From positions 708 to 64,707 of the forward strand of contig JAGQNT010000188.1 of the NCBI GenBank assembly GCA_020427965.1: a stretch of DNA of 64,000 nucleotides, given 5' to 3'. Position numbers and translations under genes: made by a program. Source of the stretch: Candidatus Saccharimonadota bacterium. GTDB lineage: Bacteria > Patescibacteriota > Saccharimonadia > Saccharimonadales > UBA4665. The notes under the pieces are model-generated. The model ran no database searches, had not been told where the DNA came from, and was given only the letters and a program-made list of their open reading frames with translations. This document shows positions 10,351 to 19,127 of this stretch, piece after piece. Positions within the stretch are counted from its first letter, which is position 1; every line of letters begins with the position of its first letter.

Positions 10351-11487
10351 CTAACTCACAATAGTAGGCTTTTTGGGTAATTCCAAATAAAATGTGCTAC
10401 CAACATTTTCTTCGCTCTTGAACCAGATCTTGCCATCCAAGTTGTCGACTAAGCCCTTGACTAGGTACAGGCCGAGGCCTGAGCCCGTTGTCTCGGTGCG
10501 CATGACGTTTTGGGCGCGGAAAAACTTGGAAAAGATGTGGTCTTGGGAATATTTCGGGATACCGATGCCACTATCGGCAACGCTAAAGACAGCACTGTCG
10601 GCCCTGGCACGCAAGCGAATGGTGACTTTGCCGCCATCAGGCGTATATTTGATGGCGTTGGTAATAAGGTTAGTTAGCACTTCTTTCGCAATTAAGTTGT
10701 CAGTCCTTACGTGCACGAGCGTTTTAGGTTGTATAAAAACGAGCTGAATATTTTTCTCGCGAGCCTGCAGGGCTAGCTCTTTTTCTAGCTCGCTCATGAG
10801 TTTGTTTAGGTCGTGTCGCTTGATGTTTAGGGTAATGTTGCCGCCCTCAATACGCGATACGTTCAGCAGTAGGTTGATCAGTTCATTCATGCGGTCGCTG
10901 GCGGAAAGGATAGTGTCCAGCGCCTTTTGCTGTGAGGCGCTGAGTTCCCCCATAAAACCATCAATCAGCATGTGCGAGTACGTTTTGATAGCTGAGAGCG
11001 GGGTGCGGAGTTGGTGCGAAGCCAGCGAGATAAATTCACTTTTCATACGATCAACTTCCCGTTCTAGTGTGATGTCGCGGAAAACTTCGATTGCGCCTAT
11101 TGGTCGCCCATCAAGCAGTATCGGTGATACGGTGGCAGCCACAGGCCGATGTTCACCTTCTCTGGTGCGGTACAGTAGCTGATCCGAGATGGTTTTGCCG
11201 GTCAAAAAGGCTTTGGTGATCGGCCGGTCTAGCAGGCTGATGGGGCTTTTTGTCTCGTCCAGGGCGACCACGACCTTTGGAAACCACTCGCCAATAAATT
11301 CCGACTCTTCATAGCCAAGGAGTCGGAGTGCTACGGGGTTGACCCGGACAATACGTCCAAATTCGTCAGTTGCGATGGCGCCGTCTCCCATACTATTGAA
11401 TAGGGCTTCGCTTTGCGCCAATACGCCAGCGCTGCGGGCGGCCAATTCGTTGCGTTCAGCTTCTTCGTCGCGGGGTATATCGGTCAT
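10351..11487 (-). CDS. Cytoplasmic PAS-domain sensor histidine kinase
   Basis: No TM segment. PAS region, H-box FISLASHQLRTPL, HATPase_c (DSGIGI, GSGLGLYLV). Confidence 0.9.
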   Translation of the reverse strand: MTDIPRDEEAERNELAARSAGVLAQSEALFNSMGDGAIATDEFGRIVRVNPVALRLLGYEESEFIGEWFPKVVVALDETKSPISLLDRPITKAFLTGKTISDQLLYRTREGEHRPVAATVSPILLDGRPIGAIEVFRDITLEREVDRMKSEFISLASHQLRTPLSAIKTYSHMLIDGFMGELSASQQKALDTILSASDRMNELINLLLNVSRIEGGNITLNIKRHDLNKLMSELEKELALQAREKNIQLVFIQPKTLVHVRTDNLIAKEVLTNLITNAIKYTPDGGKVTIRLRARADSAVFSVADSGIGIPKYSQDHIFSKFFRAQNVMRTETTGSGLGLYLVKGLVDNLDGKIWFKSEENVGSTFYLELPKKPTIVS

Positions 11488-11493
11488 AGCTGG

Positions 11494-11751
11494 CTACTTT
11501 GGTTCCTTGTCTGGTCGGCTAATGGTTCGCAGTTCATGGATATAGTCTTCAACGATGTCACTGTCCTCTGTCAGTAGTGACACGGCAATCTGAATCCAGT
11601 CGATGAGTTTACTTAGGTCACTCCGTGTTAGATCTTCGGGGCGTTTATGAAGGTGATTTTGTACCTGTCTGGCTATGAAGCGCTCAGCGGCAGGCCCCAG
11701 ATAAGCGTGGGTAACTTTAACCACTTGGGTATAGACTTCTGTACTACTCAT
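11494..11751 (-). CDS. Hypothetical 85-aa protein (operon with the PAS kinase)
   Basis: ORF tightly packed between the membrane protein (4-nt overlap) and the kinase. No family recognised. Confidence 0.5.
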   Translation of the reverse strand: MSSTEVYTQVVKVTHAYLGPAAERFIARQVQNHLHKRPEDLTRSDLSKLIDWIQIAVSLLTEDSDIVEDYIHELRTISRPDKEPK

Positions 11752-12587
11752 ACTTTTTCTATCTGACTCAATTGTTTTGCACCGTTACCGAGCAGAACGA
11801 AGCCGGCAGCCACGCTGGCATACAGTAGGTATCTAGTCAGTAGCACACCACCGAATACCAAGTTATCGTGTCCAGCATGAATCGAGTTCAGGCATTGCAG
11901 CAAAATCGTCGACGTAATAACAATAAACAGTCCCATAGCCAACCGCTGCAGCCCTCGTTGATACAAAATGCCGGGCGTATGCCTGCCAACTGCCCGAATA
12001 TCTAGGGCTGCAAGTAGGCCGACAAACCAAGCATAAACATATGGAATCATGACGGTTGTCAAGAGCAGGCCAGTCGACAGGTGGTATGGACTAGGTCCTC
12101 TCAGAGCGTGACTGAGGACAAAGTAGCTGTAGAATGTCACTAGACTGAGGAAAATCAACATGCCAATGCGGGTGCTACTCAGACTAGGGCGTACTTTTAC
12201 CCTGTCAGCGAGTAGTCGTGCTCCCCGTCCAATAATCGAGAACGCGATCAGTGAACCGATGAGTGTTGCGTAGTTGCCGATGATAATTGCCGCTGGCAAA
12301 AAACTTGCTGACGAATTAGAGATTGCTCGCAGCAACAATAAAAGCAGCGAAATACTGGGTAGCAAAAAAGCGGCCCATTTGACGCCCATGGCTAGACGCT
12401 CGAAGCCTTCGCCCTCCTTGCTGTTCTTGACAGTATTGACGTACTTTCTAACCTGTTCGTAGCCATAGAACGCCGCTAGCCACATGAGGGTCGCAGGTAT
12501 GGCGATAGCCGAAATCAGCACCGCCCGGTAGGCTATGTTACTCAGATGATACTGGGCAATAGTTTGCGGGTTGCTGGGCATGACCAA
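11748..12587 (-). CDS. Polytopic membrane protein, unknown function
   Basis: 279 aa with about 7-8 hydrophobic helices. First gene of the membrane protein/85-aa/kinase string. Confidence 0.6.
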   Translation of the reverse strand: MVMPSNPQTIAQYHLSNIAYRAVLISAIAIPATLMWLAAFYGYEQVRKYVNTVKNSKEGEGFERLAMGVKWAAFLLPSISLLLLLLRAISNSSASFLPAAIIIGNYATLIGSLIAFSIIGRGARLLADRVKVRPSLSSTRIGMLIFLSLVTFYSYFVLSHALRGPSPYHLSTGLLLTTVMIPYVYAWFVGLLAALDIRAVGRHTPGILYQRGLQRLAMGLFIVITSTILLQCLNSIHAGHDNLVFGGVLLTRYLLYASVAAGFVLLGNGAKQLSQIEKV

Positions 12588-12774
12588 GATTATCAGAATA
12601 AATGCGGCCGCTAGTATGCAAAACCAACGGTAGGTCGATAGTTTGGTGATAACGTATTCCTCCCTTTCTGCCAGTATACATCCCAGTGCGTCTACGAGGT
12701 GTGAGATATTTAGCTGTGTTAAGCGTCTGGTGACTCGTTTGACCTTGCTTTTTGTGTTTTGGACGCTTATGCTT

Positions 12775-12796
12775 GTTACGTAGCATGTTACGTAAC
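12775..12796 (+). promoter_or_regulatory. 22-bp tandem palindrome GTTACGTAGC-AT-GTTACGTAAC (copy 1)
   Basis: Lies 15 nt upstream of the AbrB-like ATG. An exact reverse-complement copy is at 35289-35310. Confidence 0.5.
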
Positions 12797-12811
12797 AAAT
12801 AAGGAGTTAAA

Positions 12812-12970
12812 ATGGCAAAAGTTGTACGAAAGTTGACTAGGGTTGGTAAGCGGTCACTGTCAATTGTGATCCCAGCGGAGATCGTCGACGAGATGGGTTT
12901 ACGCGAGCGCCAAAAGATGACGATTCACCGCTATGGCAAGAAAATCGTCATCGAGGATTGGGTTGAGTAG
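12812..12970 (+). CDS. AbrB/MazE/SpoVT-type small DNA-binding protein (52 aa)
   Basis: Below the ORF-track size cutoff. AAGGAG RBS at 12801-12806. Translation MAKVVRKLTRVGKRSLSIVIPAEIVDEMGLRERQKMTIHRYGKKIVIEDWVE looks like a swapped-hairpin SpoVT-AbrB fold. Confidence 0.65.
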   Translation: MAKVVRKLTRVGKRSLSIVIPAEIVDEMGLRERQKMTIHRYGKKIVIEDWVE

Positions 12971-13009
12971 TCTAAAACAAGGTGTGCAATCGCTAAGCCA
13001 GATACACTT

Positions 13010-13516
13010 CTATTCGAATCGAAAAATGTCAGTATTTTTGCGCACTTCACTAGATGAAAATACACCGCCATTCATTGAAAGGTAAACGCCTGGTTCTAGG
13101 CTGTCGAGTAGGCCAATTGCATAGCCAAGATTGAATCCAGCATCTGAGGATGCAAAACCGGTAATCGGTATCATTGCTCCGGTTATAATGATTTTTTTAT
13201 CCTTTGGCAATTGTTTTTCAATAAATTCTGCGGTGTTCCGCATGGTAAAGGTGCCATGTGTGATGACAATATTCTTATGTGGCGAGGATGCAATAGCCGC
13301 TAGTAGCTTTTGCCTATCCTCCTCAGTGATGTCACGGCTGTCCTTGGAGAATGCTTGCTCGATACTGTAGGTGAAGTGAGGTTGGATTAGTTTGCTAAGG
13401 TAACTATCGATAGATGAATCTAGCTTTAGGAGGATATTATTCATGTCCTCGTATGCCGGATCGTGAAACTCAATAGTTCCTCCGGTTTTTATGATGTGTA
13501 CATGAGATCTCGTCAT
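13010..13516 (-). CDS. L-asparaginase-family (N-terminal domain type) protein
   Basis: HIIKTGGTIEF contains the asparaginase TGGTI motif; also ITHGTFTM. Start set at MTRSHVH (13516), because the longer track ORF runs into the structured RNA region. Confidence 0.7.
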   Translation of the reverse strand: MTRSHVHIIKTGGTIEFHDPAYEDMNNILLKLDSSIDSYLSKLIQPHFTYSIEQAFSKDSRDITEEDRQKLLAAIASSPHKNIVITHGTFTMRNTAEFIEKQLPKDKKIIITGAMIPITGFASSDAGFNLGYAIGLLDSLEPGVYLSMNGGVFSSSEVRKNTDIFRFE

Positions 13517-13548
13517 GAGAACTATTGTAGCACTGTCATCGTTATTGC

Positions 13549-13652
13549 GGAGGGACTCAACCTTGCCTTCGGCAACCCGGCTCCCATGGTCGCCGGGCTT
13601 CGGGCGGCTGAGTGCCACTGGCACTCGCGTTCGAATCCTAGCTGCAGAGCCA
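13549..13652 (+). ncRNA. GC-rich structured RNA candidate with a tRNA-like 3' end
   Basis: Hairpins TTGCC-TTC-GGCAA, CCCGGC...GCCGGG and GAGTGCC-ACT-GGCACTC, then GTTCGAATCC...GCCA, followed directly by a terminator. No complete cloverleaf could be drawn. Confidence 0.3.
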
Positions 13653-13687
13653 CGAAAAAACCGGACATTAAGTCCGGCTTTTTCGTG
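13651..13687. terminator. Bidirectional intrinsic terminator
   Basis: CACGAAAAAACCGGAC-ATTAA-GTCCGGCTTTTTCGTG: a hairpin with A-run and T-run flanks, between the convergent RNA candidate and tRNA-Gln. Confidence 0.7.
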
Positions 13688-13760
13688 GCTGGGACGGAGG
13701 GATTCGAACCCCCGAATGCCGGGACCAAAACCCGGTGCCTTACCACTTGGCGACGTCCCA
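13686..13760 (-). tRNA. tRNA-Gln (anticodon UUG), CCA encoded
   Basis: Hand-folded cloverleaf: TGGGACG/CGTCCCA acceptor, anticodon loop TTTTGGT, T-arm GGGGG-TTCGAAT-CCCTC, then G-CCA. Confidence 0.9.
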
Positions 13761-13809
13761 TTGACGCTTGGCTACGAGTTGTGATTATACTAAACTATCT
13801 CTGTTATTG

Positions 13810-14586
13810 CTAGTAGCTGGTGCCGCCGCTGACGTCGAAAAATTCTTCCATTGTTTCGGTGCCGGTGCGATGCATTTCTTTTGATAGATAGGTGCCGATG
13901 TACCTAAAGTGCCAGGGTTCGTATTCGTAGCCTGTGATTTTTTGCTTTCCTTCTGGGTAGCGTAGCAAAAATCCGTACTTGTAGGCATTGGCCGCTAGCC
14001 ATTTTCCCTCTGGCAAGTTGCCAAAACATTGTTCGACTGGACATTTTCCACTCTGAGCCCTGATGTCTACCGCCCAGCCGGTTTGGTGCTCGCTGTAGCC
14101 GGGACGGGCACTCTGGGTGTCGGCGACGGCTTTTCCCTGTCTGGCGACGTAGCCGTTGTAGAGCGTGGCCTGGTAGCTGTAGCCGCGGTAAGCAGTCGAA
14201 ACGAGTAGATTGATATTTTGCTTTGCGGCCGCCGCAAACATCTTTTCCAGGGCAACGGCAGCGGCTTTTCGCAGTTTCATTTCAGTAGTACCAGGGACAC
14301 GTTGCGTAACGTCGGGCAAAACGAGATCACTTGGTACGTACGTTTTTGGTTGCAACGGATGTTGCTTGTTAACAATGACCCAGATGCTGGTTGGTTGCGT
14401 TAATGAATAACGGGTTTTGTTGAAAGTTGCCGTAGTTTTGGTGCTGGTTTGCTGGCTTGACGGACTCGTTGTGGTCGCAGTTTGTTGAGTGGTTGGCGCC
14501 TTTGAATGGCCCAGCCAAAACCACGTAACCGCTAGGACAATGGCTACAACGCCGACAATGGTGACAAATCGCTTCATCGGTGGCAT
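13810..14586 (-). CDS. VanY/M15B-type D-alanyl-D-alanine carboxypeptidase
   Basis: N-terminal TM and a Thr/Ser-rich linker. Motifs SARPGYSEHQTGWAVDI and YEPWHFRY. Confidence 0.85.
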   Translation of the reverse strand: MPPMKRFVTIVGVVAIVLAVTWFWLGHSKAPTTQQTATTTSPSSQQTSTKTTATFNKTRYSLTQPTSIWVIVNKQHPLQPKTYVPSDLVLPDVTQRVPGTTEMKLRKAAAVALEKMFAAAAKQNINLLVSTAYRGYSYQATLYNGYVARQGKAVADTQSARPGYSEHQTGWAVDIRAQSGKCPVEQCFGNLPEGKWLAANAYKYGFLLRYPEGKQKITGYEYEPWHFRYIGTYLSKEMHRTGTETMEEFFDVSGGTSY

Positions 14587-14604
14587 TGTAGCATATGTGC
14601 TACC

Positions 14605-15840
14605 ATGAGAACTGTTATGAAGCGGAAAAAACAGCGACGAATTAAACCATTATTATTCGTTGTAGTAGGTGCGGTGCTCGTCGTTGCGCTCTGGTGGGTG
14701 TTTGGGCGCACTGATTCGACCGGGCCAGTCGCAAACACTGAACCCGAGCCGACTACGCAAACTACCACCAAACCCAAGCAAACCAAGACGACATTACGGT
14801 TAATCGCCACTGGCGATATGCTACCGCACGACACGGTCAACCAGGCCGCCAGAACAGCGACCGGCTATGATTACCGGCCGATTTTTTCGAACGTGTCACA
14901 GTATCTGCGGGATGCTGATATGGCGTATTGTAACCAGGAATCACCCTCTGCTAAGCAGTTTTCCGTCAGCGGTTACCCAACCTTTAACGCACCAACCGAA
15001 TTCGCCCAGGATCTGAGTGACGAGGGTTGCAATATCATTAATTTGGCCAATAATCACGCCAACGACCGTGGTCAAGCCGGCATTAATGGCACGTTGAACG
15101 TGTGGGATAGTTTGCCGACACTGGCTGTTGCAGGTACCGCCCGGAATAGCGCCGGACAGGATAGGATAGCATACTTCACCAAAGGTGGTATTAAATTTGC
15201 CTATCTTGGATACAGCAAGTGCTCTAACAGCACACTGGCAAACTCCTACGGCCTAAATCTGCTGAGTCGCTCGCTGTTTAACTCACAGCTTGCTGAAGCC
15301 AGAGCTGGTGGCGCCCAGATGATCATTGTCGGCACGCACTGGTGCCGCGAGAATATTTCAACGCAGACTGCCGAGCAAGACGAATGGGCTAATTATTTTG
15401 CCAGCAAGGGCGTAGACATTGTGATTGGCACAGGACCTCACTGGCTACAACCAGTCAAATCGTTGCCGCGCGCTGGCGGCGGCAAAACAATCGTTTGGTT
15501 TAGTCTGGGAAACTTCCTGAGTACGCAGTTGGAGCTCAATGGTTTGATTGGCGGCATTGCCGTTATGGACATCGATATCAGTTCACATAGTGTGACGGAC
15601 GTTGGTTTCATGCCAACTTACATGCACTATGAATGGACAGCTTCAGAAAAGGCGCGTGGTGATTTGCTAGCTCGACATAATCTAAAACTATATCCGCTTG
15701 ATCAAGCTGCAGGTGCCCTGGCTCGCTCCCAAAACCATACCAGCGTCTCTGCGCAAACGCGCCGTGTCACTGACCTTATGAACAAATACACCGACGTGAC
15801 GATGCTAACCAGCAAGACGTACGCGAGTTTTGGCCGCTAA
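14605..15840 (+). CDS. CapA/PGA_cap family metallophosphatase-like protein
   Basis: TM then LRLIATGDMLPHD...NLANNHANDRG...VGTHWCRE, typical of CapA-family proteins. Confidence 0.8.
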   Translation: MRTVMKRKKQRRIKPLLFVVVGAVLVVALWWVFGRTDSTGPVANTEPEPTTQTTTKPKQTKTTLRLIATGDMLPHDTVNQAARTATGYDYRPIFSNVSQYLRDADMAYCNQESPSAKQFSVSGYPTFNAPTEFAQDLSDEGCNIINLANNHANDRGQAGINGTLNVWDSLPTLAVAGTARNSAGQDRIAYFTKGGIKFAYLGYSKCSNSTLANSYGLNLLSRSLFNSQLAEARAGGAQMIIVGTHWCRENISTQTAEQDEWANYFASKGVDIVIGTGPHWLQPVKSLPRAGGGKTIVWFSLGNFLSTQLELNGLIGGIAVMDIDISSHSVTDVGFMPTYMHYEWTASEKARGDLLARHNLKLYPLDQAAGALARSQNHTSVSAQTRRVTDLMNKYTDVTMLTSKTYASFGR

Positions 15841-15898
15841 CACTCCAGGTGGGCGTTGATTATCAGGGGTAATTCTTGTACAATCACAAAAACGTGCT

Positions 15899-16831
15899 AT
15901 GAAAAGATCAACAGCCGATACACCGGCGGATTACATCCAGCCGCTTAATATGAACCGCCTGCGTGGGCGTGTCTTGCATTTACCCGCCAAGAAACCCGGT
16001 GCCCCAGAAATTTTGTTTGTGTATGGGCATCATTCATCACTGGAACGCTGGTGGGGGGTCGTGAAGTTCCTAAACCGTTATGCTGCTATCACCATGCCAG
16101 ATTTACCTGGTTTTGGGGGTATGGACAGCTTTTACAAGATTGGCAAAGAAGGTTCTATCGATAATTTGGCGGATTACCTTGCCTCCTTCATAAAGCTGCG
16201 CTACAAGCGGCGACAGGTAATCGTGGTAGGTATGAGTCTCGGTTTCGTAGTGGCCACGCGCATGCTGCAACGAAGCCCAGAAATGGCAAAAAACATCAGC
16301 AAATTGGTCAGTTTTGCGGGCTTTGCACACTGGGAAGATTTTACCTTTAGCCGTACAAAGCGATTGACCTATTACTGGATTTCAAAATTACTTACCTTCC
16401 GTGGTCCGGCTTGGTTATTTCGGTATGTGGCACTCCACCCTCGCCTGATCAGAATGGCTTACAAAAACACCGGCAATGGGAAGTTTAACGGCGTGATGCA
16501 GGAAGAGTTTGACGAGTTGATCAAATTCGAAGTAACCCTATGGCACGGCAATGAGGTGCGGACCTGGGCAAAGACAACGACCGAGTTTCTGCGGCTTAAC
16601 AATTGTCACAAGCACGTCGATATGCCGGTATATCATGTCGGCATCAAGGACGATCATTATTTTGACAATAACCACGTTGAGCAGCACATGCAGGTCATAT
16701 TCTCTGAGTATCACTTAGTTGACTTATTAGACCTGGACAAGCATGCGCCCAGCGTTATTGCAGATGAAAAGTCGGCTGCTGCGTATGTGCCACCAAAGCT
16801 TCGTCGTATGTTGATGCGTGAGGCCAAATAA
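15899..16831 (+). CDS. Alpha/beta hydrolase fold protein
   Basis: LFVYGHHSS and a nucleophile-elbow-like VVGMSLGF. Confidence 0.7.
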   Translation: MKRSTADTPADYIQPLNMNRLRGRVLHLPAKKPGAPEILFVYGHHSSLERWWGVVKFLNRYAAITMPDLPGFGGMDSFYKIGKEGSIDNLADYLASFIKLRYKRRQVIVVGMSLGFVVATRMLQRSPEMAKNISKLVSFAGFAHWEDFTFSRTKRLTYYWISKLLTFRGPAWLFRYVALHPRLIRMAYKNTGNGKFNGVMQEEFDELIKFEVTLWHGNEVRTWAKTTTEFLRLNNCHKHVDMPVYHVGIKDDHYFDNNHVEQHMQVIFSEYHLVDLLDLDKHAPSVIADEKSAAAYVPPKLRRMLMREAK

Positions 16832-16856
16832 AGCCGGATGGTATACTAGACGCAAG

Positions 16857-17987
16857 ATGAAAATCGGACTATTTTGCCCGTACAGTATGGCCCACCGTGG
16901 TGGTGTGCAAGAATTTGTGCGTGATATGTACCAAGAACTAAAGCGTCGCGGACATGAAGTCAAGATTATTACACCGCAACCCAAAGATATCGTCAGTATT
17001 GATACCACGGACATTATTTTTGTTGGTTCAGCTAGTGATTTTCGATCACCACTCGGAACCACGTCGGCGGTATCGGCCAGTATCGACAACGAGGCAATCG
17101 AGCAACTGCTAGAAAGTGAAAAGTTTGACGTACTACACTTCCATGAGCCATGGGTACCGTTTTTGAGTCGACAAGTGTTGAGCCGTAGTAGTACTGTCAA
17201 TATTGGCACGTTCCACGCCAAAGTTCCCGAAAATATCGTCAGCCGTTCGGTCGTCAAAGTAGTGACACCATACACCAAATCAGTCCTGAAGTACCTGGAC
17301 GAATTGACGGCAACAGGCCCCCCGGCGCTGGAGTATATTAGCTCACTGACTGATCGCCCGGTTAGTGTTATCCCCCTGCTCGTGGACTTGGATCGTTTTA
17401 AGCGGCCAGCTAAGCGCTCGTCGGCAGCTGGTAATACAATTTTGTACGTAGGTAGATTGGAACGTCGCAAAGGAGTCAGATACTTACTTCGAGCCTACCA
17501 GCTATTGCAGCAGGAAGTCGATGACCTGTCGCTACTGATTGCCGGTGACGGTCCAGAGCGAGAGATGCTGGAAGAGATGGTTGTAGACCTTGGGCTTCAT
17601 AACGTTTCTTTCCTGGGTTATATCAGTGACGAGGAAAAAGTTAAGTTACTACGAACTTCAGATCTGTTCTGTGCACCCTCGATTTACGGCGAAGGTTTCG
17701 GCATTGTCCTACTTGAGGCCATGGCTATGGGTATAGTTGCGGTCGCGGGTGATAACTCGGGTTACGCTGCGGCTCTTCAGGAAATGGGTGCAATTTCGCT
17801 TGTCAATTCTCGTGATAGCAAGGATTTTGCCCGACGCTTGAAATTGCTACTGACAGAGCCAGCTCTACGCAACGTTTGGCAAGATTGGGCGGCGGAGTAC
17901 GTGCAACAATTTGGCCGGGATCAGGTAATGGACCAATTCGAGGAACTCTATGAGCAGGCGCTCGAAAATCACCGCAGCAAACAGTAG
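16857..17987 (+). CDS. Glycosyltransferase family 4
   Basis: MKIGLFCPYS...GGVQEFV and the C-terminal motif EGFGIVLLEAMAMG. Start moved to ATG 16857. Confidence 0.85.
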   Translation: MKIGLFCPYSMAHRGGVQEFVRDMYQELKRRGHEVKIITPQPKDIVSIDTTDIIFVGSASDFRSPLGTTSAVSASIDNEAIEQLLESEKFDVLHFHEPWVPFLSRQVLSRSSTVNIGTFHAKVPENIVSRSVVKVVTPYTKSVLKYLDELTATGPPALEYISSLTDRPVSVIPLLVDLDRFKRPAKRSSAAGNTILYVGRLERRKGVRYLLRAYQLLQQEVDDLSLLIAGDGPEREMLEEMVVDLGLHNVSFLGYISDEEKVKLLRTSDLFCAPSIYGEGFGIVLLEAMAMGIVAVAGDNSGYAAALQEMGAISLVNSRDSKDFARRLKLLLTEPALRNVWQDWAAEYVQQFGRDQVMDQFEELYEQALENHRSKQ

Positions 17988-19119
17988 ATTGAAGATCGGG
18001 CTCGTCCTAGACTCATCGTTGGATCTCGAGGATGGCGTGCAGCAATACGTCATGGCAGTCGGTGAATGGTTGCGCCGTGAAGGTCACGACGTACATTACC
18101 TTGTGGGTCAAACTGAATCAAGGCAATTACCAAACATTCATTCGTTATCCAAAAACATGGTCGCCTCGTTTAACGGCAACAAGATTAACTTTCCACTTTG
18201 GGCCAAATCAAAAGTGGTTCGTAAACTTCTAGAGAACGAGAAATTTGACGTCCTACATGTCCAAACGCCACATCATCCCTTGATGGCGCAACAGATTATT
18301 CGACTGGCACCAAAAACAACTGCTATTGTTGCGAGTTTTCACATATTGCCAAATTCTCGGCTGGTGACGTTGACAAACACCTTCTTGGGCTGGTTACTAA
18401 AACCTTCCCTGAAACGTATTGACACCATGCTGGCCGTCTCTCCCGGAGCAGCACAGTTCGAAGCCAAGACTTTTGGATTACCGGCACGTGTGTCACCAAA
18501 TGTATTCGATTATTCTTTTTTTCACGATGCAAAACCGTTCGATTCACCCAAGAACACACAGACAATTCTCTTTTTCGGTCGCCTAGTCCCTCGAAAAGGT
18601 TGCGTTACGTTGCTACAAGCCGTCCAGCGTTTGGCCGAGATGCAGAATGTCCCTGCCTTTCGGGTGATTATTTGCGGCAAGGGAGAGCTTGAGCACGAGC
18701 TCAAGTCATTTGTGGCCCAACACAAGCTACAGGATCAAGTAGAATTTACGGGTTTTGTGAGTAACGAGGACAAGCCCAGGTATTATGCTACCGCTGACAT
18801 AAGTGTCTTCCCAAGCTACGGTGGCGAAAGCTTCGGCATCGTCCTACTTGAGGCTATGGCAAGCGGTCAGTCGGCAGTGCTGGCCGGAGATAACCCCGGT
18901 TATGCCAGTGTTATGGAGCCCCAACCCGATCTAATATTTAGCGCCAAAGACGATGCGTTGCTGGCCGATAAAATTCTTTCTTTACTCCATGACCAAGCGC
19001 GCCGTCAAGAGTTTGCAGCGTGGGGTGAACGCTACAGCAGTCGCTTCGATGTTGGCGTAGTTGGCAAGGAGCTTGTACAGATATATCGGGATGTTATCGC
19101 TGCCAAAAACATGCAATAA
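17950..19119 (+). CDS. Glycosyltransferase family 4 (paralog of the previous gene)
   Basis: LKIGLVLDSSLD...GGESFGIVLLEAMASG. Start uncertain: the track start overlaps the upstream gene by 38 nt. Confidence 0.8.
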   Translation: MSRRSKITAANSRLKIGLVLDSSLDLEDGVQQYVMAVGEWLRREGHDVHYLVGQTESRQLPNIHSLSKNMVASFNGNKINFPLWAKSKVVRKLLENEKFDVLHVQTPHHPLMAQQIIRLAPKTTAIVASFHILPNSRLVTLTNTFLGWLLKPSLKRIDTMLAVSPGAAQFEAKTFGLPARVSPNVFDYSFFHDAKPFDSPKNTQTILFFGRLVPRKGCVTLLQAVQRLAEMQNVPAFRVIICGKGELEHELKSFVAQHKLQDQVEFTGFVSNEDKPRYYATADISVFPSYGGESFGIVLLEAMASGQSAVLAGDNPGYASVMEPQPDLIFSAKDDALLADKILSLLHDQARRQEFAAWGERYSSRFDVGVVGKELVQIYRDVIAAKNMQ

Positions 19120-19127
19120 TAACTGCT

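Noticed and set aside
12538-12798. 86-aa minus-strand ORF beginning MLRNMLRN, and ORF 35125-35511(+) containing LRNMLRN.
   Set aside because: The shared peptide is just the translation of the 22-bp GTTACGTAAC repeat. Neither ORF has an SD, and both lie in regulatory spacers or antisense to rplA.
13463-13813. Track ORFs 13463-13813(+), 13515-13784(+) and 13522-13761(-), and the N-terminal 36 aa of ORF 13010-13624.
   Set aside because: They overlap tRNA-Gln, the terminator and the structured RNA region. The asparaginase-like protein has a sensible start at 13516.
16727-17470. 247-aa ORF antisense to the GT4 gene.
   Set aside because: It lies entirely inside and antisense to a well-supported glycosyltransferase. 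Its composition is low-complexity Ser/Arg/Leu-rich, typical of shadow ORFs.
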